DNA from: a virus
Strand: one strand, 5' to 3'
UHGV virus genome: UHGV-0088902
DNA length: 37,236 nucleotides
Shown in pieces: positions 24,836-33,113 of this stretch; position 1 is the stretch's first letter, and each line of letters opens with the position of its first letter. Position numbers and translations under genes: made by a program. The notes under the pieces are model-generated. The model made no database searches, was not told the DNA's origin, and worked only from the letters and a program-made list of their open reading frames with translations.

Positions 24836-26186
24836 AACATTATTGCTCAGATCTAAAATCGACAAGGCAACCAAAGCACTTGAAGACCTAAGAAAAAAGG
24901 ATGCTGATTTTGATAAAAGAGAACAGGAAATCAGAAGTGCTTTTGAAGAAGCGAATGAAGAAACAACTGCCGAAGAAAGAGAAGCAGTTGAAGCGTCTAT
25001 TGCTAAATTTGATGAGGACAAGGCAGAACACGAAAAAGAAAAACAGACATTGAGTGACGAAATCTCTGGTTATGAAAAGGAACTAGCAGATGCCGAAGCT
25101 CAACAGGAACCAAAGGCACCGGCACAGGAGCCAGTAAAAGAAGAACCAAAAACAGAGGAAAGGAGTTCTTACAAGAACATGAAAACAAGATTCTTACAGA
25201 GAATGAGTGCTTCTGAACGTAAAGAGTTCATTGAAAGAGAAGACACTAAGAAATTTTTAGCTAACATCAGAACAGCTATCAAGGAAAAGAGAAGCATTAC
25301 AGGAGCAGAATTGTTGATTCCTGAAATCGCTATGCCAATGCTACGCTCTGAAACAGAACAGTATTCAAAACTGTTAAAGCACGTAAATGTCATGGATATT
25401 CCAGGCAAGGGCAGACAGACAATTGCAGGCGATATTCCAGAAGCAGTATGGACAGAAGCATGTGCAACACTGAATGAAGTTAATCTTTCATTCACACAGA
25501 TTGAATTTGACGGATTCAAGGTTGGTGCTTACGTTATCGTATGTAATGCATTACTTGAAGATTCCGACATTGACCTTGCGGATGAAATTTTCTATCAGTT
25601 AGGACAGGCAGGCGGATACGCAATCGACAAGGCTATTGTCTATGGTACAGGTACAAAGATGCCTACTGGCTTCTCAAAGAACATCACAAAGGTTGCAACA
25701 GGTGGAACAGGCAAAGCATTATTTGCAAAGATTATGAAGGCTGTCGGCAGCTTAGACCATGCTTTCGGTGATCTCGTTTGGGTTTGCAATACTTCAACAT
25801 ACTATGACTTGATGGCAGAAGCTGTTGATTTCAACGCAAATGCAGTTGTTGTCGCAAACGGTCAGACAGGTATCTCCGAAACAAAGATTATGCCATTAGT
25901 CGGTGGTGCAGTTGAAATTCTCGACTTCGTACCAGATGGAGAAATCCTTGGTGGTTATTTGAAGAGATACACAATGGTTAGACGCAGAGGAGAACAATTA
26001 GCAGTTTCCACAGACTACAAGTTTGTTGAAGACCAGACAGTATTCAAGTACACATCTCGTTACGATGGCAAGCCAGTATTCGAAGATGCATTCGTTGCTA
26101 TGTCCTTAACAACAACAGCGCCAACAGGTGCGATTGATACAGCGCATCCATTTGCATCTGATAAGGCAAACACAGGCAATGAATAA
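24828..26186 (+). CDS. Major capsid protein (HK97 fold with N-terminal delta domain)
   Basis: Coiled-coil N-terminus, LLIPE, AVWTE, LLEDS, YGTGTKMPTG, RYDGKP. Confidence 0.93.
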   Translation: MLKTLLLRSKIDKATKALEDLRKKDADFDKREQEIRSAFEEANEETTAEEREAVEASIAKFDEDKAEHEKEKQTLSDEISGYEKELADAEAQQEPKAPAQEPVKEEPKTEERSSYKNMKTRFLQRMSASERKEFIEREDTKKFLANIRTAIKEKRSITGAELLIPEIAMPMLRSETEQYSKLLKHVNVMDIPGKGRQTIAGDIPEAVWTEACATLNEVNLSFTQIEFDGFKVGAYVIVCNALLEDSDIDLADEIFYQLGQAGGYAIDKAIVYGTGTKMPTGFSKNITKVATGGTGKALFAKIMKAVGSLDHAFGDLVWVCNTSTYYDLMAEAVDFNANAVVVANGQTGISETKIMPLVGGAVEILDFVPDGEILGGYLKRYTMVRRRGEQLAVSTDYKFVEDQTVFKYTSRYDGKPVFEDAFVAMSLTTTAPTGAIDTAHPFASDKANTGNE

Positions 26187-26203
26187 TTGATTGAGGTGGA
26201 TAG

Positions 26204-26485
26204 ATGGATACAGTATTGAGACTTCTTGAGGTGGCTTTAGGGTATCCTGAGGATCCATCTCGAGATGTTATAGATATTCTTACTTCTTGCATTAACACAG
26301 CAAAGGAAGAAATTCTTTTGCAGGGTGCTGATTTAGATACTACGAAAGAATCAGACATTAACTTTCTTTTCAACTATGCATTAGGTTTGTATAACAGAAT
26401 GCACAGTGAAGAAGCAATGGGAAAAGGAATGCAGAAACGTTTGAACATGCGTATTTTCAAGAAAGTGACAGAGACAAATGAGTGA
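26204..26485 (+). CDS. Head-tail connector protein
   Basis: Size and position after the capsid gene. Confidence 0.7.
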   Translation: MDTVLRLLEVALGYPEDPSRDVIDILTSCINTAKEEILLQGADLDTTKESDINFLFNYALGLYNRMHSEEAMGKGMQKRLNMRIFKKVTETNE

Positions 26486-26852
26486 AATTTATAACGATGG
26501 AACAATTCAAATCTGCAATCTTGTAAATTCTGCGGAAAAAGGCGACATGCCAAACTACAAGCTCGAATCCGTTTATAAAAGTGGATATATTGAGCGAGAA
26601 GTCGGCATTAATCGTTACTATGCAGCTCAAGGTGTTTCCTCACAGGTTGACATGCTTGTGAGGATTCCTGCCATGGGGCATGCAAGACCAAGGGTTAAAC
26701 AATACGCATTGATTCACGATTTTCACGCAGGAAATGTGGAAGATCAGTACAGAATCACTATGGTTCAGTTAACCACAAATAATGACGGTTTCAGAGTGTA
26801 CGACATTCAACTAGAAAGGCTGGATAAGAATTATGATACCAATTTCAACTAA
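26478..26852 (+). CDS. Head closure/adaptor protein
   Basis: Position; QYRITMVQ...IQLERL beta-rich pattern. Confidence 0.7.
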   Translation: MSEIYNDGTIQICNLVNSAEKGDMPNYKLESVYKSGYIEREVGINRYYAAQGVSSQVDMLVRIPAMGHARPRVKQYALIHDFHAGNVEDQYRITMVQLTTNNDGFRVYDIQLERLDKNYDTNFN

Positions 26853-27168
26853 ATTGAAGATTGTCAGAAATACTTTGACAGCAGTCAGCAAGAAAGTCTA
26901 TCACTACGCAAGACCATCAGACATTACAGACTGTATTCTATGGTCGGAAGATGCAGAAGATAATTCTTTTGATGCTAACAATGGCAAACAGGAACAGATT
27001 ATTCACGGAACAATTGATTTCTTTACAAAGACGGAATATCACAAGACGATTGACGATATTCAAGCCGCTTTGACTGCAAGCCCAAGAATCGGTTGGAATC
27101 TGTCAAGTGTTCAATACGAAGATGAAACAAATCTTATTCATTACGAATGGGAGTTCTGGGTAGTGTAA
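26833..27168 (+). CDS. Tail completion/terminator-like protein
   Basis: Position; IDFFTK...YEDETNLIHYEW. Confidence 0.65.
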   Translation: MIPISTKLKIVRNTLTAVSKKVYHYARPSDITDCILWSEDAEDNSFDANNGKQEQIIHGTIDFFTKTEYHKTIDDIQAALTASPRIGWNLSSVQYEDETNLIHYEWEFWVV

Positions 27169-27659
27169 TGCCAAAGTTCAAAGTAGATCCATACGCAAAA
27201 AAGTACATTAAAAAACTAGAAGAACTCGGAGCAAACACATACAAGATGTGCGGGCGAGCAATCTTCCCTTGTGCTGAAATTATTGCGAATGAAATCGAAA
27301 AAGAAATTCAGAAATTGCCAACAGCAATCAATGAACACGGTTCTTCTACACACATGATAAATACCATTACACCAATACAGAAGTACGGTTTGATGCATGG
27401 TATGGGTATTTCCCACATGCAGTTAAAAAGTGGCGGTATACTTGACGTTAAAACCGGTTATCATGGCTATAACAAAATGGTAACGGATAACTACCGAAGA
27501 GGACAGCCAAATGTAATGATTGCACGAAGTGTGCTGCATGGCACTTCTTTCAGACGGAAGAATGACTATGAAGGCAGAGCAATCAGAAGAGTTAGAAAAG
27601 AAGCACTTGAATCTATGCAAGAAGAGATCAACAAAGAAACAGAAAAAATCATGAAATAG
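27168..27659 (+). CDS. HK97 gp10-like neck/tail protein
   Basis: Basic protein with PNVMIARSVLHGTS; likely ATG 27168. Confidence 0.65.
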   Translation: MPKFKVDPYAKKYIKKLEELGANTYKMCGRAIFPCAEIIANEIEKEIQKLPTAINEHGSSTHMINTITPIQKYGLMHGMGISHMQLKSGGILDVKTGYHGYNKMVTDNYRRGQPNVMIARSVLHGTSFRRKNDYEGRAIRRVRKEALESMQEEINKETEKIMK

Positions 27660-27676
27660 TAAAGGAGAAAATCACA

Positions 27677-28300
27677 ATGGCAGTAACTTTTACAGAAGTA
27701 GGAAAAGTCTTAACTGGTTTTTCCAAGCCTTACATTGCACTTTATTCCGCAACAGGTGGAACTGTTACCTACTCTAACGGTCAAGAAGCAGGAAGAGGTG
27801 TATCAGCTTCTGTTGAAATCACAACAGGAGATGCAAATAACTTCTACGCTAACAACGGTGTTTCAGAATCTGCACCTCAGAAGTTCACAGAAGGTCAGAT
27901 TACATTGACAATTGACGGTCTTTTGAACAAGACAAGAAAGCTGATGTTCGGCACACCAGAAGCAGGAACAGATGGATGGACTGGAATGGGAGATGATTTG
28001 AACGTTCCATATCTCGGCTATGGTCACATCGTAAGATACTTGTCTGGTGGTGTTGAATCATTCGTGCCTGTTGTTTATCCAAAAATCAGATTCCAGTATC
28101 CTGGAGAAGATGCATCTACTCAGGAAGATGAGATTGACTGGCAGACACAGGAATTGACAGCTGACATTTTCAGAGCAGACGATGCCAACCACAACTGGCA
28201 GAAGCTCGGGACAGAAGTTGCAACAGAAGCCGAAGCAGAAGAAGCACTCAAGAAATACTTGGGTATTGTAACAACAGAAGTATCAGCAAAAGGCAAATAA
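27677..28300 (+). CDS. Major tail (tube) protein
   Basis: TGFSKPY, FYANNG, PYLGYG, TQEDEIDWQTQEL; strong RBS. Confidence 0.88.
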   Translation: MAVTFTEVGKVLTGFSKPYIALYSATGGTVTYSNGQEAGRGVSASVEITTGDANNFYANNGVSESAPQKFTEGQITLTIDGLLNKTRKLMFGTPEAGTDGWTGMGDDLNVPYLGYGHIVRYLSGGVESFVPVVYPKIRFQYPGEDASTQEDEIDWQTQELTADIFRADDANHNWQKLGTEVATEAEAEEALKKYLGIVTTEVSAKGK

Positions 28301-28305
28301 AAACA

Positions 28306-28392
28306 ATAGCGTGATTCATTCACGCTATACAGGAGAGTTCATGCAGGTTCTGTTTTTCTTCCCTGTATGAGTTTTCCTGTATGGTGTGAATG
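28306..28392 (+). other. Long intergenic RNA stem-loop (31 bp, 6 G-U pairs)
   Basis: 28317-28347 pairs with 28362-28392 without mismatches if G-U is allowed. Confidence 0.7.
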
Positions 28393-28424
28393 CCATAGAA
28401 AAAGAAAGAAGGTAAAAGAAAATT

Positions 28425-28793
28425 ATGGAATTATTCGGAAAGCAGAGACATTTTTTATTCGGACTTGGAGCAAGAGAAAAGATTCTAGATTTGTGTGAAA
28501 ACAGAAATCTTGCAAATCTGAACAAGCTGATTTCAGATGACAATAACGATACTGCATGGCAGACTTATATCAAGATTGGCAAGCTGATGCAGGCAAACTA
28601 TGAAGATAGACTTCATTTCATGAACAAGCAATATCAGCAGGACTATGTAACAGACGAAGAAATTTCATTCATGGATGTGGACGAACAAGCAAAATGGATT
28701 GAAGAATGTCTACAAGCTATTACAATTGGAACAAAAAGAGAAGTCGAAGGCGAAGTAATCAAGGCAAAAGCAGGTAAAGGAAAAAAGGCATAA
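28425..28793 (+). CDS. Tail assembly chaperone (gpG-like)
   Basis: Between major tail and tape measure genes; ends at slippery A AAA AAG. Confidence 0.8.
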   Translation: MELFGKQRHFLFGLGAREKILDLCENRNLANLNKLISDDNNDTAWQTYIKIGKLMQANYEDRLHFMNKQYQQDYVTDEEISFMDVDEQAKWIEECLQAITIGTKREVEGEVIKAKAGKGKKA

Positions 28794-29002
28794 AGCCACG
28801 CAAGATTGAATTAAACATTGCGTGGTTTATTTATTATGGTCGGTCAAAGTTCAACATGACAAAAGAGGAAGTCTTGATAACAACATACGGAGAAATGATG
28901 GATATGATTACATGCTATCAGATCGACCAAGGCTTACTAGACCCAAAGAATACTCATAAGCTGTCAAGCAAGGATCCAATGGCATTTGCCAATATAAAAT
29001 AG
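28781..29002 (+). CDS. -1 frameshift extension of the tail assembly chaperone (gpGT-like)
   Basis: AAAAAAG at 28781-28787, hairpin 28791-28829; the -1 frame is open: GIKPRKIELNIAWFIYYGRSKFNMTKEEVLITTYGEMMDMITCYQID...IK*. Confidence 0.8.
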   Translation, partial: KKGIKPRKIELNIAWFIYYGRSKFNMTKEEVLITTYGEMMDMITCYQIDQGLLDPKNTHKLSSKDPMAFANIK

Positions 29003-29016
29003 AAAGGTGGTAATTT

Positions 29017-32000
29017 ATGGCTTCAAAAGCAAGCGTAGGTGCTCAAATATCGTTAGATGGTGAGAAAAGTTATAAACAAGCGATAAAAGACATAGTGGCG
29101 CAGTTAAAATCATTGCAAGCAGAGCAGAAGAAAATTGCCGCCCAGTTTGAGCAGACAAATAATGCGCAGAGATATAACACTCAATCTGCACAGAATCTAA
29201 GCGATCAGATTCAAGTGCAACAGAAGTACATTGCCGAACTGACAAATCATTATCAGAAGCAGGTTGACCAGTTAGGTATTTTCAATTCTGAAACTTTAAA
29301 GACAAAAGCGAGTGTCGAGAAAGCAGAAGCTGCACTTGCTGACTTGAATAAACAACTTGTCAACGTAAATGCACTTGACCAAGTTACACAGAAGGAAAAG
29401 CTACTTGCTTCGGAACTTGACAAGGTAAAAGCAAAATTTGAACTAGACGGAAACACGAAAGAGAAAAACGCACAGACAACAAAGATTCTCAGCGAACAGG
29501 TAGAGAACGCTAGAGAGAAAGTGAAGATTCTTTCTAATGAAGTACAACAGTCTGCGAGTGTTTACGGCGAAAATTCTACAAAGACGCAGGAGTGGAAGCA
29601 AAAGCTAAACGAAGCAGAGACAGAACTCTACAACTTTGAAAATCAGTTGAAGAACGCAACAGGCATTATTGCTTGGGGTAAAAGTGTTGAAGATACTGGA
29701 AACAAAATCAAATCTGCAGGAGACAGAGTTAAACAGTTTGGAGATACACTCACGATTGCAACATCAGGCATTACAGCCGCAATGGGTGCAGGTGTTAAAA
29801 ATTCTGTATCGTTTGAAAAATCCTTAGACTCATTGAAAGCCAAGAGTGGTGCAACATCGGAAGAGATCGAACGGTTAAAGGATTTTGCTTTAGAGCTTTC
29901 AGAAACACAGACATATTCTGCATACAGTGCAAAAGACTTGATACAAGCGTTTGAAGAAGAAGCAAAAGCTGGCTGGAGTGTAAATGATATCATTGAAAAC
30001 ACAACAGGTGTTTTAGACGGTGCGGCGGCTTCTGGCGAAAACCTCGAAGATGTAACGAGCATTGTTGTTACAACTTTGAACTCTTTCAGAGAAAATGCGA
30101 GTGCTGCGAATAAAGAAATGTATTCAGCTGCTGACATTGCAGATATTCTTGTTACATCTGCAAACGCAGGTATTCATGATGTAGCAGATTTAGGTGAATC
30201 ATTAAAGTATGTCGGAGCAACAGCAGGCATGGCAGGTTATTCTCTTGACGATGTTGCGACAGCTTTAACAGCCATGGCTTCTAACGGTGTCAAAGGTTCT
30301 CAAGCAGGTACTGGCTTAGCACAAATGCTGAGAAGTCTGTCATCTCCAACTGACAAGGCAAGTGCCGCAATGAAAGAGCTTGGAATATCTGTCTATGATG
30401 CATCAGGTAACTATCTTCCGTTAAACGAGATCATCAGCCAATTGCGAACAAAATTCAGTGGATTGAGTGATGAACAGTTAAAGAGCTATGAAAGCATGAT
30501 CTTCACTCGAAAAGGAGTACAGGCATTAGATGCAATCCTTGCGACGACAGATGAAGATTATCAATCCTTCGCACAAACGATATCAGGTGCTTATGGCTCA
30601 TCTTCACAGATTGCGCAAGAACAGACGGACAACTTGTCTGCGAGAATTGACGCAATGAAGAACAGTTTAAACAACGCTTCAATGGAACTTGTAAAAGGGT
30701 TCCTTCCTACGGTTGAAAACATCGTTACTGGTGTTTCTGACCTTGCACAGAAGTTTTCAGAACTAGATCCAAAAACACAGGATTTAATTACAAAGGCTGC
30801 ACTATTTGTTGGGGTGGCTGGACCAGTGCTAAGTATCGGTGGAAGGCTCATTTCAGGTGTCGGAACACTTGTTTCAGGTGTCGGAAGTCTGGCATCATGG
30901 ATTGGAACAACAATCACAAACTTTGGTGGCTTTACAGGAAAGGCAACATCTGTTGTTTCCTCAGCTTCAAGTATTTCTGATTCAGTTGGCACAGCTTCTA
31001 ATTCTGTCGGAGACTTGGCAACAAACGCAAGTTCAGCAGGCGAAACAGTTGGCACTGCATCAGTGTCATTCGGGCAGCTTGCAGGACAGGCACTGAAGAT
31101 CGTTGCATTAGGTGCAGGCTTACTGCTTGCAGGTGAAGGCTTTAAGCTGATGGCACAAGGTGCAGCCGAAATTGGGCAAGCTGGACCGTTAGCAGCAGTT
31201 GCACTTGGAGAAATGGTAGTTGGCTTAGGTGCTTTGCTAGTGACTGTCGGCACAGTCGGAACAGGTCTGACAGCCGCTTCTGTTGGAATGCTAGCATTTG
31301 GTGCGTCTGTCACATTAGTCGGTGGCGGTGTTTTACTTGCAAGTACAGGCTTGGCAACACTAGCACCAAATCTTTCAACGATTGGCGAATACGGTGGTTC
31401 AGCAGCAGTTGCAATAGCTGAACTTTCGGCTTCTATTGCGTTGCTTGGAGCAGGCACAGGAATTGCAGGTGCAGGAGCGTTGGCATTGGCGGCAGGGCTT
31501 GCAACGTTAGCGGTAGGAATGGGAACTGTTTCTCTTTCCAGTTTAACGTTCAATCCAGCTATAAAAGCAATGTCCGAAAACTTTACTTCTGTATCAACAA
31601 CAGCCACAACAACAACAGCATCTATAAAGACATTAAATTCCACAGTTACAACAATGCAGTCACTGTACAAAACAGCAGTTACTACAATGGGCAAAGCAAC
31701 GTCTAATTTCAAGACGGAAGTAAATTCTGCGGTTAATACAATCAACAACAAGTTAGCATCTATTTCTGTAACAGAAGCAACGAACAAGATGGTTTCGAGT
31801 ACTACTTCTGCAACGTCTACGATGAAGAAAATATTCAGTACGACTGCAACAAGTATCAAGGGAACTGTCAGCAGTCTGGCAAGTTCTATCACTTCTTCTG
31901 TCAATTCGATGAACAGCACATTCAACAGACTGTCAATTTCAAATGCAATGAACAATGTTGTGAATGAAGTCAATTCTTCTATCAGACAGTTACAGAACAC

Positions 32001-32385
32001 TTTTGCAAACACAAGATTCAGCTTTAACCAGAATATTGCATTGCCACACTTCTCAATGAGTGGTTCATTTAATGCCAAGACAAAGAGAGTACCAACAGTG
32101 CATGTCTCTTGGTACAAGAAAGCATATGATCAGGCAATGATGTTCACATCTCCAACAGTCTTGCCAACCACTTCTGGGTATAAAGGCTTTGGAGATGGAA
32201 ATGGAAATGAAATTGTAATCGGAGAGAACTATCTGCGGAGACTTGTTTCAGAATCTTCCCAAGGTGGAAATGTTATCAATGTAACTGTAAATGCTGATGG
32301 TGTAACAGACCCTAACGAATTAGCGGATATTGTTGCAGATAAGATTGACAGAGCAATCAAGAAAGAAAGGGCGGTGTTTGTATAA
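29017..32385 (+). CDS. Tape measure protein
   Basis: 1122 aa, coiled-coil N-terminus, TP901-type core (LGESLKYVG, GVKGSQAGT), Ala/Gly-rich hydrophobic region. Confidence 0.95.
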   Translation: MASKASVGAQISLDGEKSYKQAIKDIVAQLKSLQAEQKKIAAQFEQTNNAQRYNTQSAQNLSDQIQVQQKYIAELTNHYQKQVDQLGIFNSETLKTKASVEKAEAALADLNKQLVNVNALDQVTQKEKLLASELDKVKAKFELDGNTKEKNAQTTKILSEQVENAREKVKILSNEVQQSASVYGENSTKTQEWKQKLNEAETELYNFENQLKNATGIIAWGKSVEDTGNKIKSAGDRVKQFGDTLTIATSGITAAMGAGVKNSVSFEKSLDSLKAKSGATSEEIERLKDFALELSETQTYSAYSAKDLIQAFEEEAKAGWSVNDIIENTTGVLDGAAASGENLEDVTSIVVTTLNSFRENASAANKEMYSAADIADILVTSANAGIHDVADLGESLKYVGATAGMAGYSLDDVATALTAMASNGVKGSQAGTGLAQMLRSLSSPTDKASAAMKELGISVYDASGNYLPLNEIISQLRTKFSGLSDEQLKSYESMIFTRKGVQALDAILATTDEDYQSFAQTISGAYGSSSQIAQEQTDNLSARIDAMKNSLNNASMELVKGFLPTVENIVTGVSDLAQKFSELDPKTQDLITKAALFVGVAGPVLSIGGRLISGVGTLVSGVGSLASWIGTTITNFGGFTGKATSVVSSASSISDSVGTASNSVGDLATNASSAGETVGTASVSFGQLAGQALKIVALGAGLLLAGEGFKLMAQGAAEIGQAGPLAAVALGEMVVGLGALLVTVGTVGTGLTAASVGMLAFGASVTLVGGGVLLASTGLATLAPNLSTIGEYGGSAAVAIAELSASIALLGAGTGIAGAGALALAAGLATLAVGMGTVSLSSLTFNPAIKAMSENFTSVSTTATTTTASIKTLNSTVTTMQSLYKTAVTTMGKATSNFKTEVNSAVNTINNKLASISVTEATNKMVSSTTSATSTMKKIFSTTATSIKGTVSSLASSITSSVNSMNSTFNRLSISNAMNNVVNEVNSSIRQLQNTFANTRFSFNQNIALPHFSMSGSFNAKTKRVPTVHVSWYKKAYDQAMMFTSPTVLPTTSGYKGFGDGNGNEIVIGENYLRRLVSESSQGGNVINVTVNADGVTDPNELADIVADKIDRAIKKERAVFV

Positions 32386-33113
32386 TGTTACCAAAACCAC
32401 TGTATGACTATTTTGAATTTAATGGAAAAAACAGTTTAGAGTTCAATGTCAGATGTTCAAACACTGGTACTTGGAAAACTCCGAACAAAAGAGTTTCAAC
32501 AGAAACAGTCGTAGGCAGAAATGGTGACGTTCTTGTAACCGAAGATGGCTATGAGGATGTTACCATTCCTTATGACTTCTTTGTTGTAGATAACTTTGAA
32601 AACAAATTTCTAGACTTTGGGGATTTTCTGAACGCTTCTAAAGGTTTCTGCAGATTGGAAGATGCTTATCATCCAGATGAATACAGAATGGCAAGAGTTG
32701 AAGAAGGACTCGATCCCGAAGTTGTATTCAATGAAGCAGGAAGTGCAACAATCAATTTCATCTGCCATCCTGAAAGATGGTTGAAATCTGGGGAAGTTCC
32801 TATTGAACTGTCACAAGGAAATCATCGAATTATCAATCCTACAAGACACACTGCAAAGCCTTTGATTTATGTCAGAGGTACAGGGAAACTCCGAATCAGC
32901 GATATTGAAATTGAAGTTCTTAACAATTCAGGCAATAATCTTGTCTTGGATTGTGATACAGAAGATGCTTATACAAATGGAACACTTGACAACAGAAACA
33001 GTGATATTTCTACAACGTCAACAACATTCTTTTTACTGCCTGTCGAAACATTTGGAATTACAGTTCCTGCAGGAATGTCAATCAGCTTAATTCCAAGGTG
33101 GTATAACATATGA
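32385..33113 (+). CDS. Distal tail protein (Dit)
   Basis: FEFNGKNS, VVGRNGD, F-C-P motif, INPT...KPLI, IPRW; directly after TMP. Confidence 0.85.
   Translation: MLPKPLYDYFEFNGKNSLEFNVRCSNTGTWKTPNKRVSTETVVGRNGDVLVTEDGYEDVTIPYDFFVVDNFENKFLDFGDFLNASKGFCRLEDAYHPDEYRMARVEEGLDPEVVFNEAGSATINFICHPERWLKSGEVPIELSQGNHRIINPTRHTAKPLIYVRGTGKLRISDIEIEVLNNSGNNLVLDCDTEDAYTNGTLDNRNSDISTTSTTFFLLPVETFGITVPAGMSISLIPRWYNI

Noticed and set aside
25157..25181. Internal translation start in the major capsid gene (AAAGGAG...ATG)
   Set aside because: RBS-ATG spacing is about 13 nt, and the site falls at the ERS-like delta-domain boundary, so it is likely a by-product of the protein sequence.
30591..32117. 508-aa minus-strand ORF
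   Set aside because: Antisense shadow of the Ala/Gly/Thr/Ser-rich tape measure gene; no RBS or recognisable motifs.
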